From positions 256,001 through 320,000 of the forward strand of contig CAWCMR010000013.1 in the NCBI GenBank assembly GCA_963796685.1: a stretch of DNA of 64,000 bases, written 5' to 3'. Origin of the DNA: an uncultured delta proteobacterium. Lineage in GTDB: Bacteria; Myxococcota_A; Polyangia; Fen-1088. Positions within the stretch are counted from its first letter, which is position 1. The number at the start of each line of letters is the position of its first letter. This document shows, in pieces, positions 1 through 8,922 of this stretch. The notes below the pieces were generated by a model. The model ran no database searches. It saw nothing but the letters and a program-made list of their open reading frames with translations, and had not been told where the DNA came from. A program made the translations under genes and the position numbers.

Positions 1-6
1 TGGTTT

Positions 7-35
7 GGCCGACAGTCTACAGGCGACTGTCGGCC
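7..35. other. Perfect inverted repeat (11-bp stem, 7-nt loop)
   Basis: GGCCGACAGTC (7-17) / GACTGTCGGCC (25-35); no clear U-tract follows on the + strand. Confidence 0.7.
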
Positions 36-59
36 GGGGACAATGAGTTGCCGGTGAAA

Positions 60-392
60 CGCGTGCGGAGCCTACGCTTCGCCGGCTCTGGCGGCAGCGG
101 AGCATCGCGGGAGGGTTTGGGAACCCTCCCAGGGTTCCCAAGACAATAGCCGCGTGCGGAGCCTGCCGGCTCTGGCGGCAGCGGAGCATCGCGGGAGGGT
201 TTGGGAACCCTCCGAGGGTTCCCAAGACAATAGCCGCGTGCGGAGCCTGCCGGCTCTGCCGGCAGCGGAGCATCGCGGGAGGGTTTGGGAACCCTCCCAG
301 GGTTTCCAAGACAATAGCCGCGTGCGGAGCCTGCCGGCTCTGCCGGCAGCGGAGCATCGCGGGAGGGTTTGGGAACCCTCCCAGGGTTCCCA
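60..392 (+). repeat. Tandem array of ~4 copies of an 84-bp palindromic REP/BIME-like element
   Basis: Units start CGCGTGCGGAGC at 60 (91 bp, extra ACGCTTC), 151, 235 and 319. Each has a GCCGGC-TCT-G(C/G)CGGC hairpin and a TGGGAACCCT-N3-AGGGTT(C/T)CCA hairpin. Confidence 0.95.
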
Positions 393-401
393 TCATGTAG
401 A

Positions 402-1403
402 TTAGTAGCGCTGCCAGCCGGCCGGAGGCGCGGCGTAGCGACGCGGGGAAGACGGGAAGGGATCGGCGGTGCGGCGCAGCTCGGCGTCGGCCGGCCAGGG
501 GTAGACGCCGTCGACGTTCACGCCCATGGCCACCAAGCCGTCGTGGTCGTTGTAGCGAACGCCTAGGACCGCCGCCGGCACGGACGGATTGGCACGCACG
601 AACTCGACTTCTTGGATATGCGACGCAACCGCTTCGCCGAACTCGGTGCCCAGGCCCGGCCGTTCGCGACGGGTGGGGGCGTATCCGGCCGAGCCCGAGG
701 CGGCGGCTTTGCCTTTCGCTGCGCCTGAGCCATGGCCGCCAATGCCGCTCTCGGCGAGGCCGTCGGTCGGCGCGGCCGCTGGTGCCGGCGCCTGGGCGCT
801 GCGCTTGCTCTCGCTCGGCTCTCCCCGGTAGCCGAGCTCGCCGTCGCGGTAACCGTCGAAACAGCAGGGAGGAACCACGGGCAAGGGGCGTGGACGGTAG
901 ACGCGTTCGGGGAAGACCGCCAAACCAATCACGCCGACCTCCCGTGCGTTGCCCGTGCGCGCGGCATAGGAGTCTGCCACCGACGAGAAGCGGAAGGCCG
1001 CGGCTTGTGATTGCGACAGCCTCCACCCGTCGATGTCCACCTGGCCCCAGGCCGGAACAAGGTAGCCGCGCTTGTGCTGGAAATCGCCAGCCTTGCCGTC
1101 AATGGCGTCGCGTCCGTCGACCGTCACCACCGCCTCGATGCGGTGGCTGGAGTGGTTCTGCACCCGAATCACGTAGCGCTCGCCGGTGTGGCCCAGGACA
1201 TAGCTCTCGCCGTCGTGCCAAAAGGTCGGGGCGGGCGCGCCGTCGACCAGAACCTGGATCTCGTACCCGGACATTCTTGCCCGCAGTGGACGGCTTTCGG
1301 CATTGCGTGCGGGCGTCGCGCAGGCAACCAACCCAGCGACGAGAATGGCGAAACGGGAAAGCCGCGGCAGCGCGATGGATGACCTGGTGATGTTCTTCTT
1401 CAT
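402..1403 (-). CDS. Conserved hypothetical lipoprotein
   Basis: 333 aa; AGGAGG RBS; signal ending LVAC; conserved-looking domain (GERYxIRVxN, VDGRD, RGYLV, IDGWR, AFRF, SYA, GVIG) seen in uncharacterised bacterial proteins. Confidence 0.8.
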   Translation of the reverse strand: MKKNITRSSIALPRLSRFAILVAGLVACATPARNAESRPLRARMSGYEIQVLVDGAPAPTFWHDGESYVLGHTGERYVIRVQNHSSHRIEAVVTVDGRDAIDGKAGDFQHKRGYLVPAWGQVDIDGWRLSQSQAAAFRFSSVADSYAARTGNAREVGVIGLAVFPERVYRPRPLPVVPPCCFDGYRDGELGYRGEPSESKRSAQAPAPAAAPTDGLAESGIGGHGSGAAKGKAAASGSAGYAPTRRERPGLGTEFGEAVASHIQEVEFVRANPSVPAAVLGVRYNDHDGLVAMGVNVDGVYPWPADAELRRTADPFPSSPRRYAAPPAGWQRY

Positions 1404-1490
1404 GGCAACCTCCTGGATGGGTTGAACGCAGGGAGAAGAGAAAGGATCTGACGCGGGGGCGAGAATCGCCTGTGCTATACAAGCCCGCCA

Positions 1491-2504
1491 GTGTCAGACC
1501 CAACGCAGAAATCAGAAACGACCAAGCCAGGCGCCCTTCAGGTGGCCGGGACCGTCGCCATTTTGGGCCAGCCCAACGTGGGCAAGTCCACGCTGCTCAA
1601 CGCCATCGTGGGCGAGAAGCTCGCCATCGTGACGCCGAAGCCACAGACGACGCGCAACCGCATCGTGGGCGTGTGGAATGGCACCGCGACGACCGCCCTC
1701 GACGATCCGCGTGGACCGGGCCGTGAGGCGGGCGGGCAGATCGTCTTCGTGGACACGCCGGGGGTGCACGTGGCGCGCTCCCAGCTCAACCGCTTCATGG
1801 TGCGCGAGGCGATGGGGACGATCGATGGCGTGGACGCGGTCCTGATGGTCGTGGAGGCGCGCGAGAACGCCTCCGCGCTGTCTCCCTCGGCCAAGCTGCC
1901 GGAGGCCGAATCGTGGATCCTCGAGCGGCTGGTCGCGACGGGAAAGCCGGCCGTGCTGTGCCTGAACAAGGTCGACAAGGTGAAGGACAAGGGGCAGATC
2001 CTGCCGCTCATCGAGTGGTGGGGCAGGGCGGGCAAGTTCTCGGCGGTGGTCCCCACCTGCGCGACCCGCAAGAAGGGCCTGGAAGGCGTGGTCAAGGAGC
2101 TGCTTCGCCTGCTTCCCGAAGGCGCGCCGCTCTACGGCCCGGACGTGCTCACCGATCGGACCGAGCGCTTTCTCGCCGGCGAGTTGGTGCGCGAGCAACT
2201 GTTTTTGCGCCTGAAGCAAGAGCTGCCCTATGCCACCGCCGTGATGGTCGAGAACTGGCAAGAACGGGAGAAGGGCGACGTGGTGATCGACGCCAGCATC
2301 GTCGTGGATCGCGAAAGCCAAAAGGCCATCGTGGTGGGCAAGGGTGGCTCGATGATTCGCGACGTGGGCATGGCCGCGCGCAAGGAGATTACGGAGCTCG
2401 TCGGCCGGCCTGTGCACCTGCGCCTGAACGTCCGGGTCGAGGAGGGCTGGACGACTTCGCCGCGGGGGTTGGCGGAGCTCGGCTACGGCGAGGAGAAGGG
2501 CTGA
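1491..2504 (+). CDS. era: GTPase Era
   Basis: GQPNVGKS, PQTTR, DTPG, NKVD and C-terminal KH domain (IVVGKGG); GTG start. Confidence 0.96.
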   Translation: MSDPTQKSETTKPGALQVAGTVAILGQPNVGKSTLLNAIVGEKLAIVTPKPQTTRNRIVGVWNGTATTALDDPRGPGREAGGQIVFVDTPGVHVARSQLNRFMVREAMGTIDGVDAVLMVVEARENASALSPSAKLPEAESWILERLVATGKPAVLCLNKVDKVKDKGQILPLIEWWGRAGKFSAVVPTCATRKKGLEGVVKELLRLLPEGAPLYGPDVLTDRTERFLAGELVREQLFLRLKQELPYATAVMVENWQEREKGDVVIDASIVVDRESQKAIVVGKGGSMIRDVGMAARKEITELVGRPVHLRLNVRVEEGWTTSPRGLAELGYGEEKG

Positions 2505-3913
2505 TGCAACGGCGTGGCTCGCGCGAGGAGATGCTCGCAGAAGGACTGCCCGTGCTCTCCCTCGTGGGCCGGCCCAACGTGGGCAAGTCGTCTCTGTTCA
2601 ATCGTCTGGTCGGCGGTCGGCCGGCCCTGGTCGAGGATATGCCCGGCGTGACACGAGATCGCCGCTATGGCTTGTGTACGTGGGGCGCGGCGCGCTTTCG
2701 CGTGGTCGATACCGGCGGTTTGGATCCCAATGCGGTGGGTATTTTGGCTGCCATGCGGTCGCAGACTCTGCGCGCGGTGGATGAAGCCACCGTGCTGGCG
2801 ATGGTGCTCGACGCGGCAGAGGGCGTGACCGCGGTCGACGAGGCGGTCGCGCAGCTTCTGCGCCGCACGGGCAAGCCGGTTCTGGTCGTGGTCAACAAGG
2901 TGGATTCCTCGCTGCGCGACTCGGCGCTGGCCGACGGATACGCGCTCGGTTTCGAGCACGTTCTCGGCGTCTCGGCCAGCCACGGGCGCGGCATCCGCGA
3001 GTTGCTCGACGCGGCCGTGGCCGCGATGGGCGGCGAATCCGCGGCGGCGGCTTCGCCCGATACCGGCGCGGTGCCGGCGTCGACCGCCGAGGCGCCCATT
3101 CGGCTCGCCTTCGTGGGCAAGCCCAATGCGGGCAAGTCCTCGCTGGTCAATCGCCTTCTGGGCGAGGAGCGCGTTCTCGTGCACGACCAGCCCGGCACGA
3201 CCCGCGACCCCATCGACACTCCCTTTCAGGTCGGTGGGCAGGAATTCGTTCTCGTCGACACCGCGGGCCTGCGCCGCCGTCGCGCCATCGACACCCAGAC
3301 CGAGGCGGTGGCGGCCAAGATGGCGCGCGATCAACTGGCGCGCGCCGATGTGGTGGCCCTGGTCATCGACGCCGGCCTGGGAGCGACCGCTGAAGATGCC
3401 AAGCTGGCCAGCTTCATCGAGGAATCCGGCCGTGCGGCCATCGTGATTCTCAACAAGATGGATCTCGTTCGCCGCGCCGAAACCGACAAGCGCATCGAGG
3501 CCGCGCGCGAAGTCCTGGATTTCGTGGCCTATGCGCCATTCTTGACCATGTCGGCCTTCACCGGTCGCGGGGTCGGCGCAATTCCGGAAGTGGCGGCGCG
3601 CGTCTTCGCGGAATGGTCGAGAAGGGTTCCGACCTCCGCGCTGAACAAGAATTTCGAAGGGATCGTGGCTCGCCGTCTGCCGCCGTCGGGCCCTGCGGGC
3701 AAACACCTCAAGCTATACTTCATCACCCAGGCCGACATCCGGCCGCCCACCTTCTTCGTCAGCACCAACCTGCCCAAGGCGGTCGGTCATCCCTATCGCC
3801 GCTATCTCGTGAATCAGCTTCGCCAGATCTACGGATTCGAAGGTGCCCCGCTGCGACTGGCCCTGCGCGCAAACCGCAGCAAGCGCAAGTCGCAGCCCAA
3901 ACCCAAGGAATAG
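2504..3913 (+). CDS. der: Ribosome biogenesis GTPase Der (EngA)
   Basis: Two G-domains (GRPNVGKS..GVTRD..DTGG..NKVD; GKPNAGKS..GTTRD..DTAG..NKMD) plus KH-like tail; ATG overlaps era stop (TGATG); alternative start 2531. Confidence 0.96.
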   Translation: MQRRGSREEMLAEGLPVLSLVGRPNVGKSSLFNRLVGGRPALVEDMPGVTRDRRYGLCTWGAARFRVVDTGGLDPNAVGILAAMRSQTLRAVDEATVLAMVLDAAEGVTAVDEAVAQLLRRTGKPVLVVVNKVDSSLRDSALADGYALGFEHVLGVSASHGRGIRELLDAAVAAMGGESAAAASPDTGAVPASTAEAPIRLAFVGKPNAGKSSLVNRLLGEERVLVHDQPGTTRDPIDTPFQVGGQEFVLVDTAGLRRRRAIDTQTEAVAAKMARDQLARADVVALVIDAGLGATAEDAKLASFIEESGRAAIVILNKMDLVRRAETDKRIEAAREVLDFVAYAPFLTMSAFTGRGVGAIPEVAARVFAEWSRRVPTSALNKNFEGIVARRLPPSGPAGKHLKLYFITQADIRPPTFFVSTNLPKAVGHPYRRYLVNQLRQIYGFEGAPLRLALRANRSKRKSQPKPKE

Positions 3914-4043
3914 TCCGCTAGATTTTTTGCCGGGATTCGGGCCACAATACCCCAGCCCAAGCCCGCCCGCGACGGCGCGCCGCCGGCCAAGCCGGCGGGC
4001 TCCCCAAGCGGCTCGCCAACTGCAGAACCTAGAGGAGACCGAC

Positions 4044-4592
4044 ATGCGCAAGTTCCTAGTGGCCGTCACCCTCAGCACCCTGTTTTTTGTCCCCGCCGCG
4101 GCGCGCGCGGGATTTCTCGCCGAAGCCTCGCTTGGCCAGGGTTACCAGACATCGCCCACCCCACGCGCGTGGGAGCGGCTCAATCTGGAGATCGCACCAG
4201 GGTACGCACCTTCGCTGCCCGTGCTGTCCATGTTCCGCCTCCAACTCGGCATCGTGACCGACTTTGGCAACAAGGCCGGCACCAAGACCGACCTGGAGCT
4301 GCGGCCCATGATTTCCGTCGTCCCACCCATCTTTCCGCTCTACGGGCGTGTGATCTTCGTGGTGAACAACCTCTTAGAGCGCGGGGGAACCAAGCGCGAT
4401 ATCCAGTATGGCGCCGCCCTGGGAGCGCGCATCGGCTTGCCCTCGATTGGCATCATTCCCTCCATGGGTGTCTTCGCCGAGGTGGCCGCCTTGCCAGGCA
4501 AGCGCGACTTCGTCGACAGCACCACCTTGGCCACCAGCTCGAAGACCGCGTGGATCGTCGAAGGACGCGTCGGCGCGTATCTGGATTTTTAG
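4044..4592 (+). CDS. Putative small outer-membrane beta-barrel protein
   Basis: GGAG RBS, signal peptide MRKFLVAV...AARA, amphipathic strands, C-terminal YLDF beta-signal. Confidence 0.75.
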   Translation: MRKFLVAVTLSTLFFVPAAARAGFLAEASLGQGYQTSPTPRAWERLNLEIAPGYAPSLPVLSMFRLQLGIVTDFGNKAGTKTDLELRPMISVVPPIFPLYGRVIFVVNNLLERGGTKRDIQYGAALGARIGLPSIGIIPSMGVFAEVAALPGKRDFVDSTTLATSSKTAWIVEGRVGAYLDF

Positions 4593-4593
4593 A

Positions 4594-4707
4594 TAGCAGG
4601 ATGGGGTACGAAACCAGGGTGCCCCCGCCCGCGACGGAGTTCATGATCCCCGCGCACGTGCCGCCGAGAAAGATCGCAAGCGAATCGAATTCAAGGAGGG
4701 TGTGCAT
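4594..4707 (-). pseudogene. 5' remnant (~38 codons) of a TauE/SafE (TSUP) family exporter
   Basis: Translates MHTLLEFDSLAIFLGGTCAGIMNSVAGGGTLVSYPILL (AGxxNxxAGGGxL motif of TauE N-termini), then runs into the 3' end of the convergent gene. Confidence 0.7.
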
Positions 4708-4720
4708 TGATGCCCAATGT

Positions 4721-4755
4721 GGGTGGCGGGTGGCGGGTGGCGGGTGGCGGGTGGC
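4721..4755. repeat. Heptamer tandem repeat (GGGTGGC)x5
   Basis: Five perfect copies, intergenic. Confidence 0.95.
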
Positions 4756-4839
4756 CGGTAACCGGGCAGGACGGTAGCAAGAGGGCACCGGCAGCGCCAT
4801 CGCGACTATGCGGCGCGATGGTGCTACGATTACCAGGCC

Positions 4840-5919
4840 ATGAAGCGACTCACCCTCGGCGCAGCCATGTTGTTCGTTCCACTGGCCCTGGCAGCCCGGC
4901 CAGCTCAGGCCCAGATCACCATCACCCCTGGTCCCGACGCGGCGGCATTTGCGAGCAGCCTCGGGATGACCACGGACCAGCTGACCAGCCTCATCACCAG
5001 CAAAGTGGATGGTCTGTTTCAGGTGACCAACGTGAATTCGTTTCTTCGCGACTTCCAGAATGCCCAGAGTTTTTCGAGCAAAGGCCTGGGCGTCGACTAT
5101 GCCTCCGAGGCCACGCTGGCCGAGGTCGGAGCGACCCTCAGTCTGGCGAGCAACATCGACAAGGCGTACAAGCCCACGGGCTCGTACACCGATCCGCCCA
5201 TCCAAGGCGGCGGCGCGAACTTCTCGCTCATGGGCGGGCTTGGGCTCGGTCTCTTCGGCCTGGATCCCGTGATGATCTTCGCCAACTGGTTCAAGGGCAG
5301 CGCCACCCTGGGCCAGCTCGATGGCGACTACCAGAATTGGGGGCTCCACGGCCAGTTCCGCCTCCTCGGACCCACGCGCAGCATGTCGGCCACCAAGTTG
5401 CTCGTCCGATGGGGTGGCATCGCGATCACCAGCGGCGTCGACTACGCGCACGTCGGGCTGAGCACCAGCAGCAACATCTCGTCGAAGTTCGACGTCGCCC
5501 AGGGCGCACCCGTCACGGTCACCAGCGCCGGCAATCTCAAATTCACCCTGGATCAGACCACGTGGAGCGTTCCGCTCGAGATCACCACCAGTCTTCGCCT
5601 TCTGTCCCTCATCACCGTGTACGGTGGGCTCGGCTTCGACTGGCAACTGGGTGGCGGTTGCGATTTGCATATCCTCATGTCGCAGGCAAGTCTGAGCGGT
5701 CAGGTGCAGACCCCGTCGGGGACCGTGCCCTATAGCAACCTCGGCACCGTGGACGTCCGAGCCGATGGACACGTCAGTCCCAGCTCGGCCAGGGTGCGGG
5801 AGATCGCGGGGCTCCAACTCAGCATCCTGGATGTCATCCGCATCTTCGCCCAGGTCAATACCACCGCCAGCTCGCCTGTCCTGACCAGCCTGGCCATGGG
5901 CTTGCGTCTGGCGATCTGA
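4840..5919 (+). CDS. Secreted/outer-membrane beta-barrel protein (Lsa36/DUF6588-like, tentative)
   Basis: 359 aa, signal peptide AQA, many alternating beta-strands; motifs RWGGIAITSGVDY and SVPLEITTSLRLLxLxTVYGGLG recalled from Lsa36-like proteins. Confidence 0.65.
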   Translation: MKRLTLGAAMLFVPLALAARPAQAQITITPGPDAAAFASSLGMTTDQLTSLITSKVDGLFQVTNVNSFLRDFQNAQSFSSKGLGVDYASEATLAEVGATLSLASNIDKAYKPTGSYTDPPIQGGGANFSLMGGLGLGLFGLDPVMIFANWFKGSATLGQLDGDYQNWGLHGQFRLLGPTRSMSATKLLVRWGGIAITSGVDYAHVGLSTSSNISSKFDVAQGAPVTVTSAGNLKFTLDQTTWSVPLEITTSLRLLSLITVYGGLGFDWQLGGGCDLHILMSQASLSGQVQTPSGTVPYSNLGTVDVRADGHVSPSSARVREIAGLQLSILDVIRIFAQVNTTASSPVLTSLAMGLRLAI

Positions 5920-6067
5920 GCGTTCGCGCGTGCCTCGGAGAGCCGCGCGCGGTTCAGGCGGGCGGTCGGCTCCCCTGCGCCACGGTGCCTCTGATGAGGT
6001 AACGCATGGTTCGAGAGTGGGTAGCGCGGATCTACGTCGGGGCCACAAGATCAGCGTCGGTAGACCG

Positions 6068-6096
6068 TTGACAGGGGAGGTGTGAGCCCCTACGCT
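6068..6096 (+). promoter_or_regulatory. Sigma70-type promoter of the HU gene
   Basis: TTGACA-N17-TACGCT, ending 37 bp before the ATG. Confidence 0.7.
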
Positions 6097-6133
6097 TGGC
6101 GGCTGTTCTTCCATCGCTGACAAGGGCACAACG

Positions 6134-6472
6134 ATGACTAAGGCCGAGCTTATCGACAAGGTAGCAAGTCGCAAGGATCTCCCCCGCAACTTGCCCAAGA
6201 AGGTCTACGCCCGAATCATCGACGCCGTGTTTACCGAGGTCGGAGACTACTTCATTCGCGCACGGCCCAGCTTGTCGAATCCGCCCCGGCTCAGCTATCC
6301 CGGCTTCGGCACCTTCACCAAGCGCCGCCGCAATTCCCGTACGGTTCGCAACCCCAGCACGGGCGAGCCCATCGCCATCCCGGCCCAGTGCACGGTGGTG
6401 TTCACGCCTGGCCAGGAACTGAAGAACCTCATCAACCGGGTGCCGTCCAAGAACGCGTCGTCGGCGGCGTAG
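6134..6472 (+). CDS. HU/IHF family DNA-binding protein
   Basis: MTKAELIDKVA...GFGTF...RTVRNPSTGEPIAIPA. Confidence 0.93.
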   Translation: MTKAELIDKVASRKDLPRNLPKKVYARIIDAVFTEVGDYFIRARPSLSNPPRLSYPGFGTFTKRRRNSRTVRNPSTGEPIAIPAQCTVVFTPGQELKNLINRVPSKNASSAA

Positions 6473-6485
6473 CGTCGGTTTTGAA

Positions 6486-6507
6486 GGTTTTGAAAGCCGC
6501 CCCCTAC
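6486..6507 (-). repeat. Degenerate GTAG-type REP overlapping the sulfatase-gene stop codon
   Basis: Minus strand GTAGGGGGCGGCTTTCAAAACC resembles the intact REP at 17707. Confidence 0.5.
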
Positions 6508-8717
6508 AGGCGGTGTTCCTCGAACGCGAGGAGCTTGGCCTTGAGAGCGTCGAGCACGGCCTTTTGCCCAGGATCGTCCGCCAGGTTCTTCATCTGCTTG
6601 GGGTCGGAGGCGAGGTCGAAGAGCTCGAAACGGCGTTCCGAGACCTTGTGAACGAGCTTTCGCCCGCGATCCACCATGACGACCTGGTTGTCCGGCGTGG
6701 CGGTGGACGGCAACAGCTCGGCGAAAATGGGACGCGGGGGCAGGGTGCCGCCCTCTATAATGGGTAGCAAGCTGCGTCCGTGCAGGTACGCGGGCGGTGT
6801 CACGCCGATGAGGTCGAGCAAGGTTGGCCCCACATCGATAAGCCCGACTTCTTCGTCGGAGGTGACCGGAGGCTTGCCCGGGACCGCGATGATGAGGGGA
6901 ATGCGCAGCTCTTCCTCGGTGAGGTTCTGGCCGTGGAAGTAGACCTTGTGCTCGCCCCAGGCCTCGCCGTGATCGCCGAACACCACGATGGCCGTGTTGT
7001 CGGCCAACTTGGTCTCGTCCAGGACCCTCAGGATCTTGCCGATCCACAGATCGTCGAACGCGATCTCGTAGTCGTACTTCTCTTCCAGCCCCCGAATGCC
7101 CGACAACGTCGTGGGGAACTCGGCGTGGGGCATGTAGCTCGAATGGGGCTCGAACAGGTGTGTCCACAGCACGAACCGCTCACCGGACTTGGCCGCCTTG
7201 CGCAGGCGGTCGATCACGCGCGGAACGATGCGCGGGGCGGCGATGTCCTTGTTCGAATCGGCGATGGTCTTGGCGCCGTCGTCGGACCATTCGGCGAAGC
7301 CCTTCGAGATGCCTCGATCGGCGGTGAAGTAGAAGTGCGAAAAGATGCCGATGGGGCGCAAGCCTGCGCTGGCCATGGGCTCGAAGATGGTGTGATTCGA
7401 CGGCAGAAGCGGCGAGTAGTTGAGCGAGCGTTTTTGCCAGGCTATTTCGGACGGGTAGCGCGACGTCACGAACGAGGGGAAAGAGCGCGGCGTGTTGGGC
7501 GCCTGCGACCAGACCCGGCGAAAGTACGCGCCCCTGCGGGCGAGCGCATCGAGGTTGGGCGTCAGCGAATGGCCCGGCGGTCGACCATAGCCCGCCACGC
7601 CCAGGCGATCGGCACGCGTGGCATCGATGGCGATAATCAGGATGTTGCCCGTGAATTTCCCGGACTTGATGCGGGGCGGTTTCGTGGCGGCGGCCGAGTG
7701 GGAATCCTCTTGGTCCGGGCTGCTTTCGGCGACGAGCGGAGCGTCTCCGCCTTCGCAATTCTGGTCGATGCCGTCGCCGGGAATGTCTTCGGCGCCCGGG
7801 TAGACGTCGGCGCGATGGTCGTCGCAATCGCCACCGCCGAACAGGGCGGAATAGCCGTCGCCATCGTGGTCGGTTGCCCTGCGCGCGATCCGGAGCGCGA
7901 GCTTCAGCCCGAGCCCACCGTCGTCGATGGCCGCATAGGTGGGCGAGGTTTCGCGGATGCGGCTCCCGGCTACCAGCATTCCAATCACCACCAAGGCAAT
8001 GGCCGGCCGGATGATTCGGGTGGGTGATTTTTGCAGCAACCGCCTTCCTAGCGCTGAGGCGTGCCAGAAGAGCCCGTGCGCCACGCCCAGCACCAGCGCG
8101 ACGGCGGCGGCGCCGAACGGTCCCAGGTCGAGCACGCGCCAGTCGGCGCGGGAAAGCGCGGCGACGAACGCCAACAATCCCGCCACGGACAGCAGGAGAG
8201 CGAGGAGGCCGGTCCGGCCGAGCTTCCGTGGCCGCGGCAGGGTCCGCCGGGCAAGGCGAGCGGCCAGCCGCCAGGTGGACAGGAACACGAGGGCCGCAGG
8301 CACGACGAAGACCAAGGCCAACCCGGCGCTGGCGATGGTGGCGAGCGTGCGGCTGTTCATGCCCGAGACGAAGCTGCCATAGCCGAGGCCTGCACCCGCC
8401 GCCAAGACTCCGCCAGCGGCAACGCCACCCAGAACCAGCCCGCAGGCACGCGCGTCGAGATCCTCGTCTTCGCGCAGGGCACCCCAGCCGCCAGGGATTG
8501 CCCTCAGAAACGTGGCTGTCGCCCAACCAAGCAGCGCGGCACCCAGCAGCCCGGCGCTTCCGTAAAGACCGGTCGACAGCGCCAGCGCCTCGAACGGACG
8601 TGCATGGTGGCCGCGCACGAGCACCAGGATGGCGTCGAACACCCCTGCGCCAAGGAAACCGGCGAAGGTGGAAACGGCAACGGGGACGTGGAATCGGGGA
8701 GTGTGGATCTCGCTCAT
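6504..8717 (-). CDS. Multi-pass membrane sulfatase-like hydrolase/transferase (alkaline phosphatase superfamily) with a MopE-like metal-binding repeat
   Basis: Several N-terminal TM segments; DHDGDG..DCDD..PGAEDIPGDGIDQNC repeat; IDATRAD, APNTPRS (Thr at nucleophile position), EPH, GDHGE, FHG. Confidence 0.85.
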   Translation of the reverse strand: MSEIHTPRFHVPVAVSTFAGFLGAGVFDAILVLVRGHHARPFEALALSTGLYGSAGLLGAALLGWATATFLRAIPGGWGALREDEDLDARACGLVLGGVAAGGVLAAGAGLGYGSFVSGMNSRTLATIASAGLALVFVVPAALVFLSTWRLAARLARRTLPRPRKLGRTGLLALLLSVAGLLAFVAALSRADWRVLDLGPFGAAAVALVLGVAHGLFWHASALGRRLLQKSPTRIIRPAIALVVIGMLVAGSRIRETSPTYAAIDDGGLGLKLALRIARRATDHDGDGYSALFGGGDCDDHRADVYPGAEDIPGDGIDQNCEGGDAPLVAESSPDQEDSHSAAATKPPRIKSGKFTGNILIIAIDATRADRLGVAGYGRPPGHSLTPNLDALARRGAYFRRVWSQAPNTPRSFPSFVTSRYPSEIAWQKRSLNYSPLLPSNHTIFEPMASAGLRPIGIFSHFYFTADRGISKGFAEWSDDGAKTIADSNKDIAAPRIVPRVIDRLRKAAKSGERFVLWTHLFEPHSSYMPHAEFPTTLSGIRGLEEKYDYEIAFDDLWIGKILRVLDETKLADNTAIVVFGDHGEAWGEHKVYFHGQNLTEEELRIPLIIAVPGKPPVTSDEEVGLIDVGPTLLDLIGVTPPAYLHGRSLLPIIEGGTLPPRPIFAELLPSTATPDNQVVMVDRGRKLVHKVSERRFELFDLASDPKQMKNLADDPGQKAVLDALKAKLLAFEEHRL

Positions 8718-8922
8718 CGAATTGGGACAGGAGACTAGCTCGCGAGATGGGCTGGACGCCAAGAAAAGCGAGGCCCACTCTTGACCGCCGCGGGCTGACC
8801 GAGCAACCTCCGCTTCGTGCGGTCAACCAAAACTCGAGAAGCCCTGGTCTCTCCCCTCAGCAGCTCTTCCACTCGCCCTGCTATGCTTCGCTTTATCCTG
8901 CCAAAAGCCGCAGGGCAGGGCC

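Noticed and set aside
60-392. CRISPR array (also 16719-17068)
   Set aside because: Units repeat in full with no unique spacers; no cas genes in the window.
72-405. Repeat-peptide ORFs (72-314, 154-405; also 16672-17070)
   Set aside because: By-products of the DNA repeats; periods of 79-80 bp in array 2 break the frame, and conservation follows base pairing, not codons.
1913-2503. N-terminal extension of Der
   Set aside because: Overlaps era out of frame; similarity begins after ATG 2504.
5988-6020. Hammerhead ribozyme (CTGATGAG)
   Set aside because: No stem II-GAAA-stem III arrangement; the motif sits in a simple CCTC/GAGG hairpin.
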